A DNA stretch of 64,000 nucleotides from the human T2T-CHM13v2.0 reference genome, Homo sapiens, in NCBI RefSeq assembly GCF_009914755.1, contig NC_060927.1; one strand, written 5' to 3'. The notes below the pieces were generated by a model. It saw only the letters and a program-made list of their open reading frames with translations, did not search any database and had not been told where the DNA came from. The position numbers and the translations under genes were made by a program. Positions 1 to 13,139 of the stretch are shown piece after piece; the first letter of the stretch is position 1, and each line of letters starts with the position of its first letter.

Positions 1-1
1 A

Positions 2-369
2 GTAGTGGATGCTAGCTGTACAACCCAGATCCTCTTTCAAGACAAGCACTTTCCCCGTACCTGCCATGAGTGCTTTATCTGAGGTCACCCCACCACCACC
101 TACTCAGCGTCAGCACACATCCAGTGACTAGTCAATGCAGAGGTACAAAGGTCCAGCCTCTTGCCACGGTTTTGGAAACTCTGAAGCTCCATTCCAGCTC
201 CAGAGGGCCCTATGAGTTCAGCTGAGGCCTCTGTTGCAGCCGCATCGTAGCTCAACTCCTCATTTTGGCCAGCCTTGCCTCTCTCACTCCCTAACAGCTG
301 TTGTTCCTAAGAACATTCAACAACCTCCCTGCACACAAATTTCCATTTCAAGGAACTGGTGTTAAGACA
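2..369 (+). mobile_element. LTR16-family ERVL solo LTR (degenerate)
   Basis: LTR16-like 3' end 'ctcactccctaacagctgttgttcctaagaacattcaacaacctccctgcacacaaatttcc...taagaca'. Confidence 0.6.
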
Positions 370-419
370 ACATATGAGGAGCAAGTTCCCTTGTTCACAA
401 GCAGATGTTGCTTTCCACA

Positions 420-675
420 CATGCAACTACAGTGGCCATCTTGGGACCATGAGGGGAACCAGCCTAAGAAGATAAGTCCATGCTCTGAGGACAACAGAAC
501 AAAAAGATAGAAAGAACCTGGGTCTTCAATGATGTCATTGAGCCACTAAATTAACCAACTCTAGAACTGCCCTACTTCTAGGATTCTGGTTATGCCAACT
601 AATAGAAGTTCTTTGTCTTAAAACCTCTTCAAGTTGAATCTTATGTTGTTTGCAGCCCAAATCATTTTATATTAT
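420..675 (+). mobile_element. Old MaLR LTR fragment (MLT1J/K/L-like)
   Basis: 'gccatcttgggaccatgagggg...aaagaacctgggtcttcaatgatgtcattgagccact...tgtttgcagcccaa' resembles an old MLT1 3' half. Confidence 0.6.
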
Positions 676-812
676 ATACTACATATCAGTAGGAGGCAAA
701 GGGAAATACTTCAAGCCAAGGAAGCACCCAGAACAGCATGGATTCCAAAATCCAGCACTTAGGTGACTTGCCAGAGTACTCCAAGTCCAGATGCAGTCCC
801 CTCCCCTCATCC

Positions 813-984
813 TTTTTTTTTTGTGTGTTTTTTTTTGAGACGGAGTCTCACTCTGTTGCCCCGGCTGGAGTGCAGTGGTGCAATCTCGGCTCACTGCTAG
901 CTCCACCTCCTGGGTTCACGCCATTCTCCTGCCTCAGCCTCCCGAGTAGCTGGGATTACAGGTGCCCGCCACCATGCCCGGCTA
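813..984 (-). mobile_element. 5'-truncated AluY (right arm only)
   Basis: PolyT then 'gagacggagtctcactctgttgcc...gggttcacgccattctcctgcc' (AluY-type 'cacgccatt'); flanked by the direct repeat tcccctcatcc. Confidence 0.9.
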
Positions 985-1549
985 CAGTCCCCTCATCCTA
1001 ACCACTGTGACACTTGTCCAGATGCAGTCCTCTCATCCTAATCACTGTGACATTCCCTCTCCTTTTTATACCACTGTTGTCCAGCAAAGCCAGAGGCTAA
1101 GAAGTGTGCAATTCTTTGCACAACTCTGAGAAAGAAGAAATCCCTAGATAATATTTTGACACCTTGTAATTCATGGAATAGCCATGCCTCTATTTCACTT
1201 TCTCCTTCTTTTCTTGTTACTTAGAAAGAAAATAGCAGAGAAACATGTCAGGCCAGGAAAGGCTAAATCATCCCAAGCGATGTCAACCTCATAAAATTAT
1301 GAAATACTGTAGGATGCTCAAAAAATATTTATACAGTTTTTCCCCCTCTTGTGATGAAGTAAGTTATTGAGCTGCATTTCCAGGCCTTGCGACATCTCAG
1401 TAGCCCTGTCTCAAAAGTCAGGCGTGCCTTTGGCACACAAGCTGTTGTCAGTGAGCTAAAGATTATACAATCTGTGTATTAGGTACCTAAATACACAATT
1501 CAAGCATGTGGCCATTTTGGCCTGAGTCTTTATTTTCATCAGTTATATA

Positions 1550-1679
1550 GAAGATTGGAAGTTAAGATCAAGGGCTCTGGAATCAAACAGCCTAGAGTTA
1601 AGTGCTAGACTGTGGACAAATTATTTAACTATTCTGTACTTGTTTCAACATCATCTATATAATGGAAAAACTAATAGTA
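1550..1679 (+). mobile_element. MIR fragment (split by an MLT1 insertion; resumes ~2067-2095)
   Basis: 'gttaagatcaagggctctggaatcaaacagcct...tggacaaattatttaact...aatgg...taatagtac'. Confidence 0.6.
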
Positions 1680-2066
1680 CCAGTCAGCTTGGACTAAGTT
1701 ATGCTGCAGTAACAAACAACGTTAAAATCTCAGTGGCTTGGCAACAACAAAAGTTCATTGCTTATTAGAGACACATGTCCACTGTTGGCTGTGGCTCAAT
1801 TCCATGTGATCTTCATCCTGTAATGCAGATTGACATAGAAGTCTGTATTTGGGATACTGTCAATCTCATGGCAGAGAAAAAGAGATCCTGGCAGAACCAC
1901 ACAATGATTGTTAAAGCTTCTGCTTGGAAGTGGCACACATCAACTCTACCCATGCTTTATAGCCCAAAACTTGTCACACAGCAAGACTAAAGCCATGGGA
2001 TAGAAAGTATAATTCTCTCACATGGAGAAGATGCCAGTGTTTTGAACAATAATACATTCTACCACA
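1680..2066 (-). mobile_element. MLT1I-like MaLR solo LTR
   Basis: 'ctaagttatgctgcagtaacaaacaac...aatctcagtggctt...ttaaagcttctgcttggaagtggcacacatca...aataatacattctaccaca'. Confidence 0.75.
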
Positions 2067-2347
2067 CAAGCATACAGGATTGTTCTGAGAATTGAAGGTA
2101 AGGGGAAGACAGTAAGTTTTCAAAAAGTTAGCTATTATGAATATTAGTACCATCATTTTAAGTTCTAAGTTACTAACTGGGATAAGAAAGTTTTTATAAA
2201 TAGGTTCTTCTATTCAGTAGTCATTTAGATTAAGCTTTTGAAAGTACTAACTGTAGGTAGCATGTTGATTTTGAGGTTCTGTGAATCAGTAACCAAGTAA
2301 ATAAGGTTTATTTGACTGTAAAATGGGAATAAAAGTAATGTCTGCCA

Positions 2348-2860
2348 TGTGAAGATTAAATGAGATGCCTGCAAATTCTTTGTCACTTTTCCCATTGAAA
2401 GTGAGTCTAATTCTCCTCCCCTGGAATCTGAGCTGGCTTTAGTGACCCACTTGACCAACAGAATGTGGCAGAAGTAATGCACTGGGGCTTCTGAGGCTCG
2501 GTCATAGAAGCCTTGCAGCTTTAGTCTAGCCCTCTTAGAACCTCTTAGAACCTTAGAACACTTGTTCTTGGAGCCATGAGCTGCCACATAAGCGAGAGAG
2601 GGATCCAGCTGACTCCAGTCTTCTGGCCTTCTGTGCCAAAGTGCCAGATATTTGAGTAGAGCCATCGTGAATCCATCAAACTAGCCTGTCAGTTTAACAC
2701 CACCAAACAACCTCGGTTGATCCCTTGTAGAGCACAAGAATCACCCTGCTGAGCCCTGCCTGAATTCCTGGCTCACAAAATCATAAGATAGAATAAAATG
2801 GTTGTTTTAGCCACTAACTTTTAGGAGAGTTTGCTATTTAGCAATAGATAACCAGAACAC
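2348..2860 (+). mobile_element. MLT1G/H-like MaLR solo LTR
   Basis: 'cccctggaatctgagctggc...agaatgtggcagaagt...gctgagccctgcctgaattcctgg...gcaatagataaccagaaca'. Confidence 0.75.
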
Positions 2861-3439
2861 ATGCAAGCCCTTAGCAAAATACCTGACTCATAGTTGGTTG
2901 GGAAATTAATTGCTAATATCATTAGGTCTTGGGTAGACTCACAACTTACCTTCCCCCATTTAGTTTGGAATGCCCGTGACTTAAATCTGAGGAAAGGATG
3001 GTAAAGACACAACTTTAGTCAAATATTTCAGTCTCCTTGACATTTTCCTAAATGTCCATAAGGGAAGCCATAAACACGTAAGACAATGAGCCTAGGACTT
3101 TCAGGAATCCCCTGACTTCCCTTGGGTTCATTGGATACACATATGCCTAAATCTTTCAAGAAAGCTAAAATTCAATATTTTAAAATTCCTTAAAATTTCA
3201 GATAAAATTGACACAACTACATGGTGTCTTATGTTTTACCTGATGGTTCTGTGTATCCCTCAGCTTTGTACTCATTTTAAGAAGCAAGGACCCAGATTCT
3301 AGAGTTGGAAAGTTGCCACATTCAAGAATAGATGAGCATGGATGTCTGGGCTGGTGCTGTCTCTTTTGTTGTTGTTATTATTGTCATTGACTTGTTTATT
3401 TTCTCAGCATAGGGACTTGGCCATTTTAGGTGGAGGTTG

Positions 3440-3867
3440 AAACAGATAAATGCTATAAGTTCCCCAAATTTCACTCTTTTTCCACCTGGGGACACAGCTA
3501 GACCATATTTCCTGCAGTTAGATGGGACCATGTGACTGAGGTGTGGCCAGTGGAATGTGAGCAGCAGAGATGGACAGCCCTTCAGGGCCTGGTCCCTGAA
3601 AAAACTCCTGTGTGACACTTCACTTTTTCTTCCCTCATCTGGAACACAGTCCCAGGAAGGACTCTGTGGCCCTAAAAGATGGTAGAACCCTAACAGAGAA
3701 GAAGCCTGGGTCCCTGAGTAACTGAGTGGAGCAGATCTCCATTTTGATCCCTACCATGCTGACCAGCATTGGGCTGTGACCTTAGTGAGAAATAAGCCAT
3801 GATTACAGTAAGCCCCTGAGATGAGGGGTTGTTTTGTTCTAGCAGTGAGGCTGTCTTAAGGAATACA
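3440..3867 (+). mobile_element. MLT1I/J-like MaLR solo LTR
   Basis: 'gaccatgtgactgaggtgtggccagtggaatgtgagcag...agaagcctgggtccctgag...agaaataagcc...aagcccctgagat'. Confidence 0.7.
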
Positions 3868-4790
3868 AAGATACGGGGCGGGGAACACATTGTGGCTTTC
3901 CCCTCTCTCCAACATGCGCAAGCCGAGGAGCCGCAGTGCCTCTGTTGGAGAGTTTACTGACAATAGTTACACTGCCTGTCACAACTCCCAGAAGAAAGGA
4001 AACAGTGGCTGAGAGGGCTGCCCCTACCCTCCCCAGTCTCCTAAGGGTATAAAGCATGAATCTTTTCTTCGCTCTTTCTCTCTGCAGGGGAACAGTGGGA
4101 AGATATCTAGCACATCATGTTCTGCTGGCTCCAGTGACAAGTCGATGAAATTCTATCACTCGTCCGACAGGAGACCTCAGAAGTGACTAATTTAATCCCT
4201 GAGGCCTCTTTAGAAGGAGAATCCTCAACTTTCTCGGCAACTCCTCCCTTTGCTCAGCCTGGTTTCCATGAAGCAAGATAGTCAGTCACACTCAAATCAG
4301 CTCAGCAGGGAGCAGATATTCTTAGAGTGATTCTTCCCTAATTTGGCTGACTGAATTGAATAGCTATTTATTAGAGTTCTAAAATGGTGCCTTTTGCGTA
4401 ACACGGCCTTCACGCCATCCCCTGGAAATCACTCTGTCGAGAATGTAGGAAGGGGAAGATGCATCTGCCTTCAGCGAGGCAGGATAAGCCAGTTCCCGGG
4501 GCCAGGCCAGACTGGGAGGCAAAGAAATCAGCATCTATTACAAACTTCTTCAGCCTCAGGACTTGGATGTCCTTGGCCCCTATTCCCCAAGACCAGTTTA
4601 ATGTAGTGGTGGGTGACTCAGAAAGGAGACAGCCCAGATCTGGAGGTCACACAGACCTAGGCAGACTTAGGTTTGACTCCCACAGCTAGCACCTGCTACC
4701 AGCTGTGTGATCTAGGGATGTAACTCAACCTTTCTGAGCTCCTGTTTCTAGAATATGGAGGTGGATAAAATCTAACTCGTAGAGTTCTTA

Positions 4791-5120
<330 letters not shown>

Positions 5121-5226
5121 CAATTAGTGAAATGCCTGACTTCATTGTAACTCTCCCTCACTCACCTTCTGGAATCTTCAAAGTCACTAAATTCAAGTCC
5201 AAATTCTTGAAATTGACCTTGCCATC

Positions 5227-5655
5227 TGTATTAGCATTCTCTAGAGGGGCAGAACTAATGGAATATATATATATATATGAGTTTATTAAATGTTAACTCA
5301 CATGATCACAAGGTCCACAATAGGTCATCTGCAGGCTGAGGAGTAAGGAGAGCCAGTCCGAGTCCCCAGACTGAAGAACTTGGAGTCTGATGTTCAGGGA
5401 CAGGAAGCATCCAGCAGGGAGAAAGATGTGGGCTGAGAGGCTAGGCCAGTCTAACCTTTTCACGTTTTTCTGCCTGCATTATATTCGCTGGCAGCTGATT
5501 AGATGGTGCCCATCCAGATTAAGGGTGGGTCTGCCTTCCCCAGCCCATTGACTCAAATGTTAATCTCCTTTGGCAACACCCTCACAGACATACCCAGGAT
5601 TAAGACTTTGCATCCTTCAGTCTAATCAAGTTGACACTCAATATTAACCATCACA
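5227..5655 (-). mobile_element. MLT2A (HERV-L) solo LTR
   Basis: TG...CA termini, internal (TA)n, 'gactcaaatgttaatctcctttggcaacaccctcacagaca'; 5-bp TSD ccatc/tcatc. Confidence 0.9.
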
Positions 5656-5967
5656 TCATCTTACTGCTCCTCGGTGGCCATTAATGTGAAATTTGCAGGG
5701 AAAACAAGCTAGAAAAATAAGCTTGAGATTTCAGAGCAGTAGCCATAGTGGACCTGGTAGCTGAATCTTCACAGAACCTTAGAGAAGAATAGGGAATAGC
5801 ACCTCTATCTAACACTTAAATGGGCTCCTGTATGACCCCAAGTCTCCCAACCACCTATGTCAATCTCTACCCTGCACTACGGAACAGGAAAAAATTGGAG
5901 GCTGGCTGGCAGACCACACCACACTCTCCTGCCATACCTGAAACACATCATCAGATCATCCAGTAGC

Positions 5968-6160
5968 CAGGGATTACAAATACATGGCATGCATCTCACT
6001 ACTCTCCAGTCCTGTATCTGTGGCAGACAGCATTAATCAATCACAGCCCTCTTCCCCACTGAGCCCAGACAAGGCAGCAGAAGTCTTTCCCACATAGCAC
6101 TCCAGGCAGAGACCACCAATCGATCAGAGATGTTGTGTAGGTGCAAACCCATTTATGAAG
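5968..6160. mobile_element. hAT-Charlie MITE (MER117-like)
   Basis: 'cagggattacaaata...tggcagacagcattaatcaatcacagc...gcactccaggcag...accaatcgatcagag'. Confidence 0.55.
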
Positions 6161-7224
6161 CCATAGACATTTGCCCTCTGGAGTGGCCTAACCCCAGAGG
6201 GTGAACAGGCAGCCAGAGAGATCCAGTAAGGAGGAAACCAAGATGGATCGTTGAGCTTTCAAGTACTCACAAGAACTCATTGTATGAGTGCTAACAAAAT
6301 CTGGATGTGGTGATGCAGTTAGCCATGGAATCCAAGTTTGGAGGGCTAGTCCCCGAATCATGATTTCTGCACTTTCTAGGTATTGCTTTGCTGGGCATTT
6401 TCTTCCCTATGGCAATGAGGTTTCCTCAGGAGCATGAGCAAAACACACAGAGAGGGCGGTCATCTTCACACAGTTCTGAGCATCGTCAGCCAATCCTCTA
6501 ACTAAACACTGGTGTCAGCAAGACCCGTTAACCAGAGCTCATCCCACCCCTAGAACTGTTAACAAGACAATGACATACAGTGCAGGGTGTTAAATCTTCT
6601 AAGGCAGGAATCCTTGTCTTCAGCGAATGGCCATGAATCAACTAAACAGGATATGCCAGGATGTTTAAGATGGCCATATATTTATTTATGAGTGAATGAC
6701 CATTTCGGTATTTCTGCCAGTTACCTTTATGGTTTTTATGAGATTTGGATAACATTTATTTATTGCCCATACTGTTTTCCATTCACAATGGAGCTTTGTT
6801 TGACATTTAGAGACATTTTAAATGTTTTTTACTGGTTTCTCTGGCATGAATAAAGGGAGCTTTTTTCTTTGGGTTTCTGCAAGGAACTCATGCAAAGCTA
6901 ATTTGGATGATAAAATGATACCATTTCAAACATCTTCATGCTCGGATTATATTATTTGAACCTTTTCATAGGAAGAGATTAATTATGTGGTTTGCATCAC
7001 TAACCTTATAATTTTAATAACAAGGCTGGTCAGATGAAGGGCCAAAATATATCTTTTACAGCAGAATATGTTACATCATGAAAATATCTTCTGTTTCTAC
7101 TCTTGGACTGTGCTTATGTGCTTGCTGGCAAGCCAAGAGGTAAATTTGTTTAATTGTTTCTAGAATAGGCACTATATACCCAAGACAAAGCTACACTATT
7201 TATTATTGTTGTTAACTACAATAT

Positions 7225-7445
7225 GCATAGCTCCCATTTATTGAAAGTTTATTATTATGCCCCGACTGTATGCATAATCTCATTGCAACCCAGGGAAGTG
7301 AGAACCAGTGTTCCCTGTTTTCTGGGTGAGGAAACTGAGGCTCAATATTGGTAAGTAGCATGCCCCGATTCCCCCAGCGGGTACATCATAGAGGCAGGAC
7401 TCACGGGCAAATTTGTCTAACGCAAAGATGTGTCTGTCTCCAGCT
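7225..7445 (-). mobile_element. MIR
   Basis: Core 'gtgaggaaactgaggctca'. Confidence 0.65.
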
Positions 7446-7854
7446 CTACTCTGCTGTCGTTGCGATTCAGGCTTTCAAGATCCCCCTCCCAAATTATGTT
7501 ATGTGGTCAAATCCATGAAAAAAAAATCCAATTGGCTGCCAAATATAATGTAGACATAACAAAAAGCTAATTAACTGAAACTCTTATTTTCTAGCCTATC
7601 CTTGTGGTTTTAGGGAAAAGTAATCTGAGCCCTGGAGCTGGTGACCCACTGGTTTGAAGGGGCCCAGGGGCTGTGTTGTCCACTCAGAGGAGCCAGGGTA
7701 CAGAGCCTCACTTCTTCCCTCCTTTTTGCCAAGTGCTCTAATCTCCTGCCATGATGTCTTCTGTCTGGCTGTCTACCAAACCGTCAGGAGAGCATCACTC
7801 CCGCCATCACAGTAATTATCATAAGCATCACAAACCACTCCAGCAGCCGCAGCA

Positions 7855-8090
7855 ATAGCTTGCTTTATGGTGCACCTACTGCCTGCCAGCCAGGCCCTGA
7901 GTGCCACATCATAGATGTGCCTGCTTTCATTTTATTCTCCCAACATCCCTGGAAGGTGGGGGAAATACTCTGCCCATTTTACATGCTGGGACACTGAGGT
8001 TTCACTTGGATCTGTCCAAAGTCACACAATGTGTATGAGCTGGGGACTGGAATCCAGGCTGCTAACTCTAGGGACTAGGCACTTAGCCAT
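7855..8090 (-). mobile_element. MIR
   Basis: 'cccattttacatgctgggacactgagg...ctgtccaaagtcacaca...tggggactggaatccagg'. Confidence 0.6.
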
Positions 8091-8497
8091 TGTGAGAGGC
8101 TGAGAGACCCTTCACCAAAGGGACAAAGGAACACACCCAGGACAAACTCAACTGGTGGTCCCAAAGCTGCAACAAGAACCAGGGCTCTCTCTTCACCCTA
8201 GAACTTTCTGCACTGCCATACTGCTTCCATTCTTCCTCCCCAGTTGTTCCCCAGCAAACAGGCATGGACGGTTGGCCACTATATACCAGGAACTGTGCGA
8301 TATGCTGATGGGAAACAACAATAAAACAAAAATTGGAAATAAGTCATGGTTCCTGTTCTGAGGGAATCCAATGTCAGACTTCCCTGTGTTAGATTCCTGT
8401 CATCCACGCCATTAGCTTTGTAAACTTGGGCAACTTACTGCATCTATCTGAGCCTCAGTTTCCTCAACTGCAAAATGGGATAATATTACTATATGGC

Positions 8498-8792
8498 TTT
8501 TTTTTTTTTTTTTTTTTTTTGGAGACAGGGTCTCGCTCTGTCACCCAGGCTGGAGTGCAGTGGCTTGGTCACTCAACCTCCAAGGCTCAAGTTATCCTCC
8601 GGCCTCAGCCTCCCAAGTAGCTGGGACTACAGTTGCATGCCACCATGCCCAGCTAATTTTTATTGTTGAGTTTTAGTAGAGATGAGGTCTTGCTATGTTG
8701 CCCAAGCTGATCTTGAACTCCTAAGCTCAAGTGATCTTCCTAACTCGGCCTCCTAAAGTGCTGTGATTATAGGTGTGAGCCACTGTGCCTAG
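8498..8792 (-). mobile_element. AluJ inserted in a + strand MIR (MIR ~8370-8490 and ~8795-8920)
   Basis: PolyT + 'gagacagggtctcgctctgtcacccaggctgg...gcccaagctgatcttgaactcctaagctcaag'; upstream MIR core 'tctgagcctcagtttcctcaactgcaaaatggg'. Confidence 0.9.
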
Positions 8793-9937
8793 TGTTACCT
8801 GCTTTAAAAGGTTACTCTGAGGATAAAAAGAAATATACCAGGGCTTGTTTAAATGGGTTAAGGTATGTAAAACACCTGGCACCTTCCCTGGATATTTTTA
8901 AGCTCTCAAAAAATGAGGGCAGCTATTTGTTCGTGTCCCTTGAGTGTGAACCTAGGGACTTGCTTCTAACAAATACAATGCAGCAAACACTATGGGACAT
9001 ATAATTACACTCACAAGTTGGCATCCAAGTGCCAATCTAGATTAATAAGAGGCAAATTCCAAAGGAGGGAGTTGAGATGTGAATTGGAATGGTCTGGGAT
9101 GCTTTCACAGAGGAAACATGGTTTGACAGTTCTTGAAAGTTGGGCACCTCGAATTTAGATAATGAGTAATAATTTTAAAAATGTATAGCTATCATTTCCT
9201 ACCTACTAGACACTTGACAGATGGCACTCTATTGCTTATAACTCCATATGTTTATAGACTGTATTTAACAGCTATGAAGAAATTGAAGCTCAGAGAGGTG
9301 AAGTGACTTGAACAAGATCAGACGACCACAAAATAATTGGACCAGGAGTCAATCCCCACCTGTTTGACTCTTTGGCCTGCTCTTCTCTCTTCTGTAAAGG
9401 TCTTTGGGGATAGCCCAGATAGTGGTCCAGTGGGAAAAGCTGCCCCTGTGTCTGGTGGTGAGTGGGGTGCAGTTCTTACTACTGTGACTGGTGCTGAAAA
9501 CAAGGTCTTCACCTGTTGTACATGGTCCATGCACAGAATTCAGGAGGTCTGTGAACTTTGGTGGAAATACAAATTATATCTTCCTTTTCCTTAACATTTA
9601 CCTGACATTTAGCACTGCCTTCCATTTTGAATCTAGGCAATAAACCACAGTACTGTTAGCAGTGCCTGTGGCTTTTTCAGCAATAGATCACTTGGCGAAC
9701 GCCCCACAGCAACAAGGGGAATAACCTGGCTCCAGAGTCAAAGTCTGCTCTGCTTTACTCAGATGCACATGTTAATTCACAACACTACCACCCTGTGTCT
9801 TAATTGCTTGCTCACTTGATCAACTTCTCGTCTAGATTGGATTACTTCTGAGGCCAGAAACTCCCTCTCATTCATCTCTAAATTAGTATTTCAGCAAGAG
9901 CCTGGCACAGAGTAGAGGTTGATAAATGTTTGTTGCC

Positions 9938-10973
9938 TGTGGTAGCCAGCCTTCTGCAATGGTCCCTCGTGAGCCCTGAATGTCTGAGGCAGGTCTCAGT
10001 CAAGTTAGGAAGTTTATTTTGCCAAAGTTAAGAACGGGCTCCTGTGACACAGCCTCAGGAGGTCCTGATGATATGTGTCCAAGGTGGTCCAAGCACAGCC
10101 TGGGTTTATCAATTTTAGGGAGACAGGAGACATCAATCAATATATGTAAGATGAACATTGGTTTGGTCCAGAAAGGTGGGACAACTCAAAGCAAAGGTGG
10201 GACAACTCAAAGTGGGGAAGGGCTTCCAGGTCATAGGTAGATAAGAGACAAATGGTTGCATTCTTTTGAGTTTCTGCCTAGCCTTTCCAAAGGAGACAAT
10301 CAGATATGATCTACTGAGCAGAGGGATGACTTTGAATAGCATGGGAGGCATGTTTGCCCTAAGCAGATCCCAGCTTGACTTTTCCCTTTAGCTTTGTGAC
10401 TTTGGGGCCCCAAGATTTATTTTCCTTTCACACCCTAATGACCCTACCTCCTGTTATTCATATCCTTGGCAGTGTTATTCATGTCAGGAGTAATCTTTGA
10501 CCCTTGAGTGTGGACCAAGGGACTTGCTTCTAGCAAATAGAATGAAGCAAACATGATGAGATGCCATTTCCGAAATCAGATTGCAAAAGCTGGGACTTCT
10601 CTCTGACATTCTCTTTCTGACTTTTCTTGTCTTTTTGCCCTGATGGAGAGGGCTCCCTGGCAATGAACCAAGGGAAGCCTCTGACCAACAGCCAGTGAGG
10701 AACTAAGGTGCTTAGTCTAATAACTCAGGAGGGGTTCTACCAAAAATCACTGAGTGACTTGGAGGTGGATCCTACCCCAGCTGTGCCATCAGATGAGACC
10801 ACAGTCCCTAAGCCAGCATCTTGATTACAATGTATAAGACACCCTGGGCTGGAGGACCCAACCAAACCATGACCAGATTCCTAGCCCACAGCAACTGTAA
10901 CGTAGTAAATGTGTGTTGTTTTTAAGCTGACAAATTTGGGGATAGCTTGGCATACAAGATTAGATAACCAATA
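9938..10973 (+). mobile_element. MLT1F/E-like MaLR LTR interrupted by MER4A
   Basis: 5' 'tgtggtagccagcc'; resumes at 10433; 3' 'ttttaagctgacaaatttgggg...tagataaccaata'. Confidence 0.75.
9968..10432 (-). mobile_element. MER4A-family ERV1 solo LTR
   Basis: 'gtgacacagcctcaggaggtcctgatga...gggagacaggagacatcaatcaatatatgtaag...agatttattttcctttcaca'; perfect 4-bp TSD ccct (9964-9967, 10433-10436). Confidence 0.9.
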
Positions 10974-11257
10974 TCTTGCTTACCAGAAGAAAGGAGAAAG
11001 GGGAGAAAAGGTGAGAGAGAGAGAAAGTGCAAAAGAGCTCTCTGCTGTGACCTCCCCTGCGGCCATAATCTGGGGGTCATTTCATACTTCTTAACACCAT
11101 AACCCCATACTCTAGTTTCTCCCTGGTTCCCCTTAACACTAGTAACTGTAGCACAACCTTGTCTGTGGCAGCACATGACTTAGGTCTCTAAGGTTGAGTG
11201 AATTTCCCGCCATGGGCCATACCATGCTCAGTGACTCAATCCAAAATTTTATTGTAA

Positions 11258-11750
<493 letters not shown>

Positions 11751-12299
11751 AGTGTTCTTTTAATACTCAGGTAATGAATCCAAATCCATCCTGTGACGTG
11801 CACAAAACTGATTTTGTTATCGTTCACTGGATTCCCAGTAATTTCTAAAACTCAGCAGTGGGGACAGTTGGTCCACAAAATCACATGAACATGGTCAGTT
11901 GCCTCAGCACCATCCTCACTCAGTCTCTCAGGACCCTACACCATCTACCTGCGGGGAAAGTGGATTTGCACCCACCCACCCTCCATCCATGCCCAGCTAC
12001 TTACACAGCTCCACTTTAAGCCCATGGACCCTAAAGCCGCTGCCAGAGCCCAGCTTCCAATGGGTTTTTTTAATTGAAGTAGAAGTGCCTGCTAAGAGAC
12101 CTCCCAAAGATCCCCTGCCTTCAGCCCAGACAAGTCTTCTTCTCATTGACAACAACACTCGTTCTGTGGGCTGTAGTGGCTTTATTTGCATAGCCTCATT
12201 TCCTCTGTTCTAATGCACCAATTGTGGGAATGCATACTGCAAATTTAGTAGTAGAATTTTGTGGAGGAAAAAAATCTATCATATTGAATATATATGTTG

Positions 12300-12715
12300 A
12301 TTTTTTATGATATCAAATTTATTGAGGTGTTTATATGTAGTTTATATATAGTTTATAAACTATAAAATGCACCCATTCTAACTGTACATTTCAATTAGTT
12401 TGGTTAGTTTATACCCCTGTATAGCCATGACCACAATTAAGACATGGAACATTTCTGTTACCCCAGAAAGTTCCCTTGTGTCTCATTCCAGATAATTCCC
12501 TCCACCCCTGTCCCTGGGAAACTCCTGATCTGCTTTCTGTCATTTAGATTGAATTTGTGTTTTCTAGAGTTTTCTATATGGAATGCCATAATATGTCTGC
12601 TTTTGTGTCTAGATTCTTTCGCTCAGCATAAGGTTTGAGATTCATCTGCAGGGTCAAATAGAAGGTATCAAGCATGACCATAGTTCATTCCTTTTCATTG
12701 CTGAATAGTATTCCT
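12300..12715 (-). mobile_element. L1ME-type 3' end fragment
   Basis: 'tttattgagg...aaaatgcaccca...accccagaaagttcccttgtg...tcagcataaggtttgagattcatc...ttgctgaatagtattcc'. Confidence 0.75.
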
Positions 12716-13139
12716 GTCTCTTTGTTTTGATATGTTGCTTTTCTTTTGCATTTTCCAACTTTATTAAAGAATAATTAACATATACTAAATTGCATATAAA
12801 ATGTGTACAATCTAACCAGTTTTAACATATGCGTACATCCATGATGTGCACACAGACTTTTATGAATCAGAACTATAACAAAACAGTGCAGCTTAGATCA
12901 TTGAAATATTAGGTTGAATAACTCTTTTATTCAAGTCCTTTCCAGAACTCTGGGTTAGTATTTGCCTTGCATTTGGCAAACCAAAGAATCATTGATTATT
13001 TTCCTCCAAAACACATCTGCTCTAAGGAGACTTGCTACCTCTGAGGAAGAACATTTTAGTCTCTCTGCTGCAAAACAAACAAACAAAAAACCTAAAACAA
13101 AAAGCAATGCTTATAGTGCATCTCACTGCATTTGATATT

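Noticed and set aside
4360-4401. MEF2-like gctatttattag and bZIP-type TTGCGTAA
   Set aside because: The MEF2 spacing is non-canonical, leaving one isolated motif.
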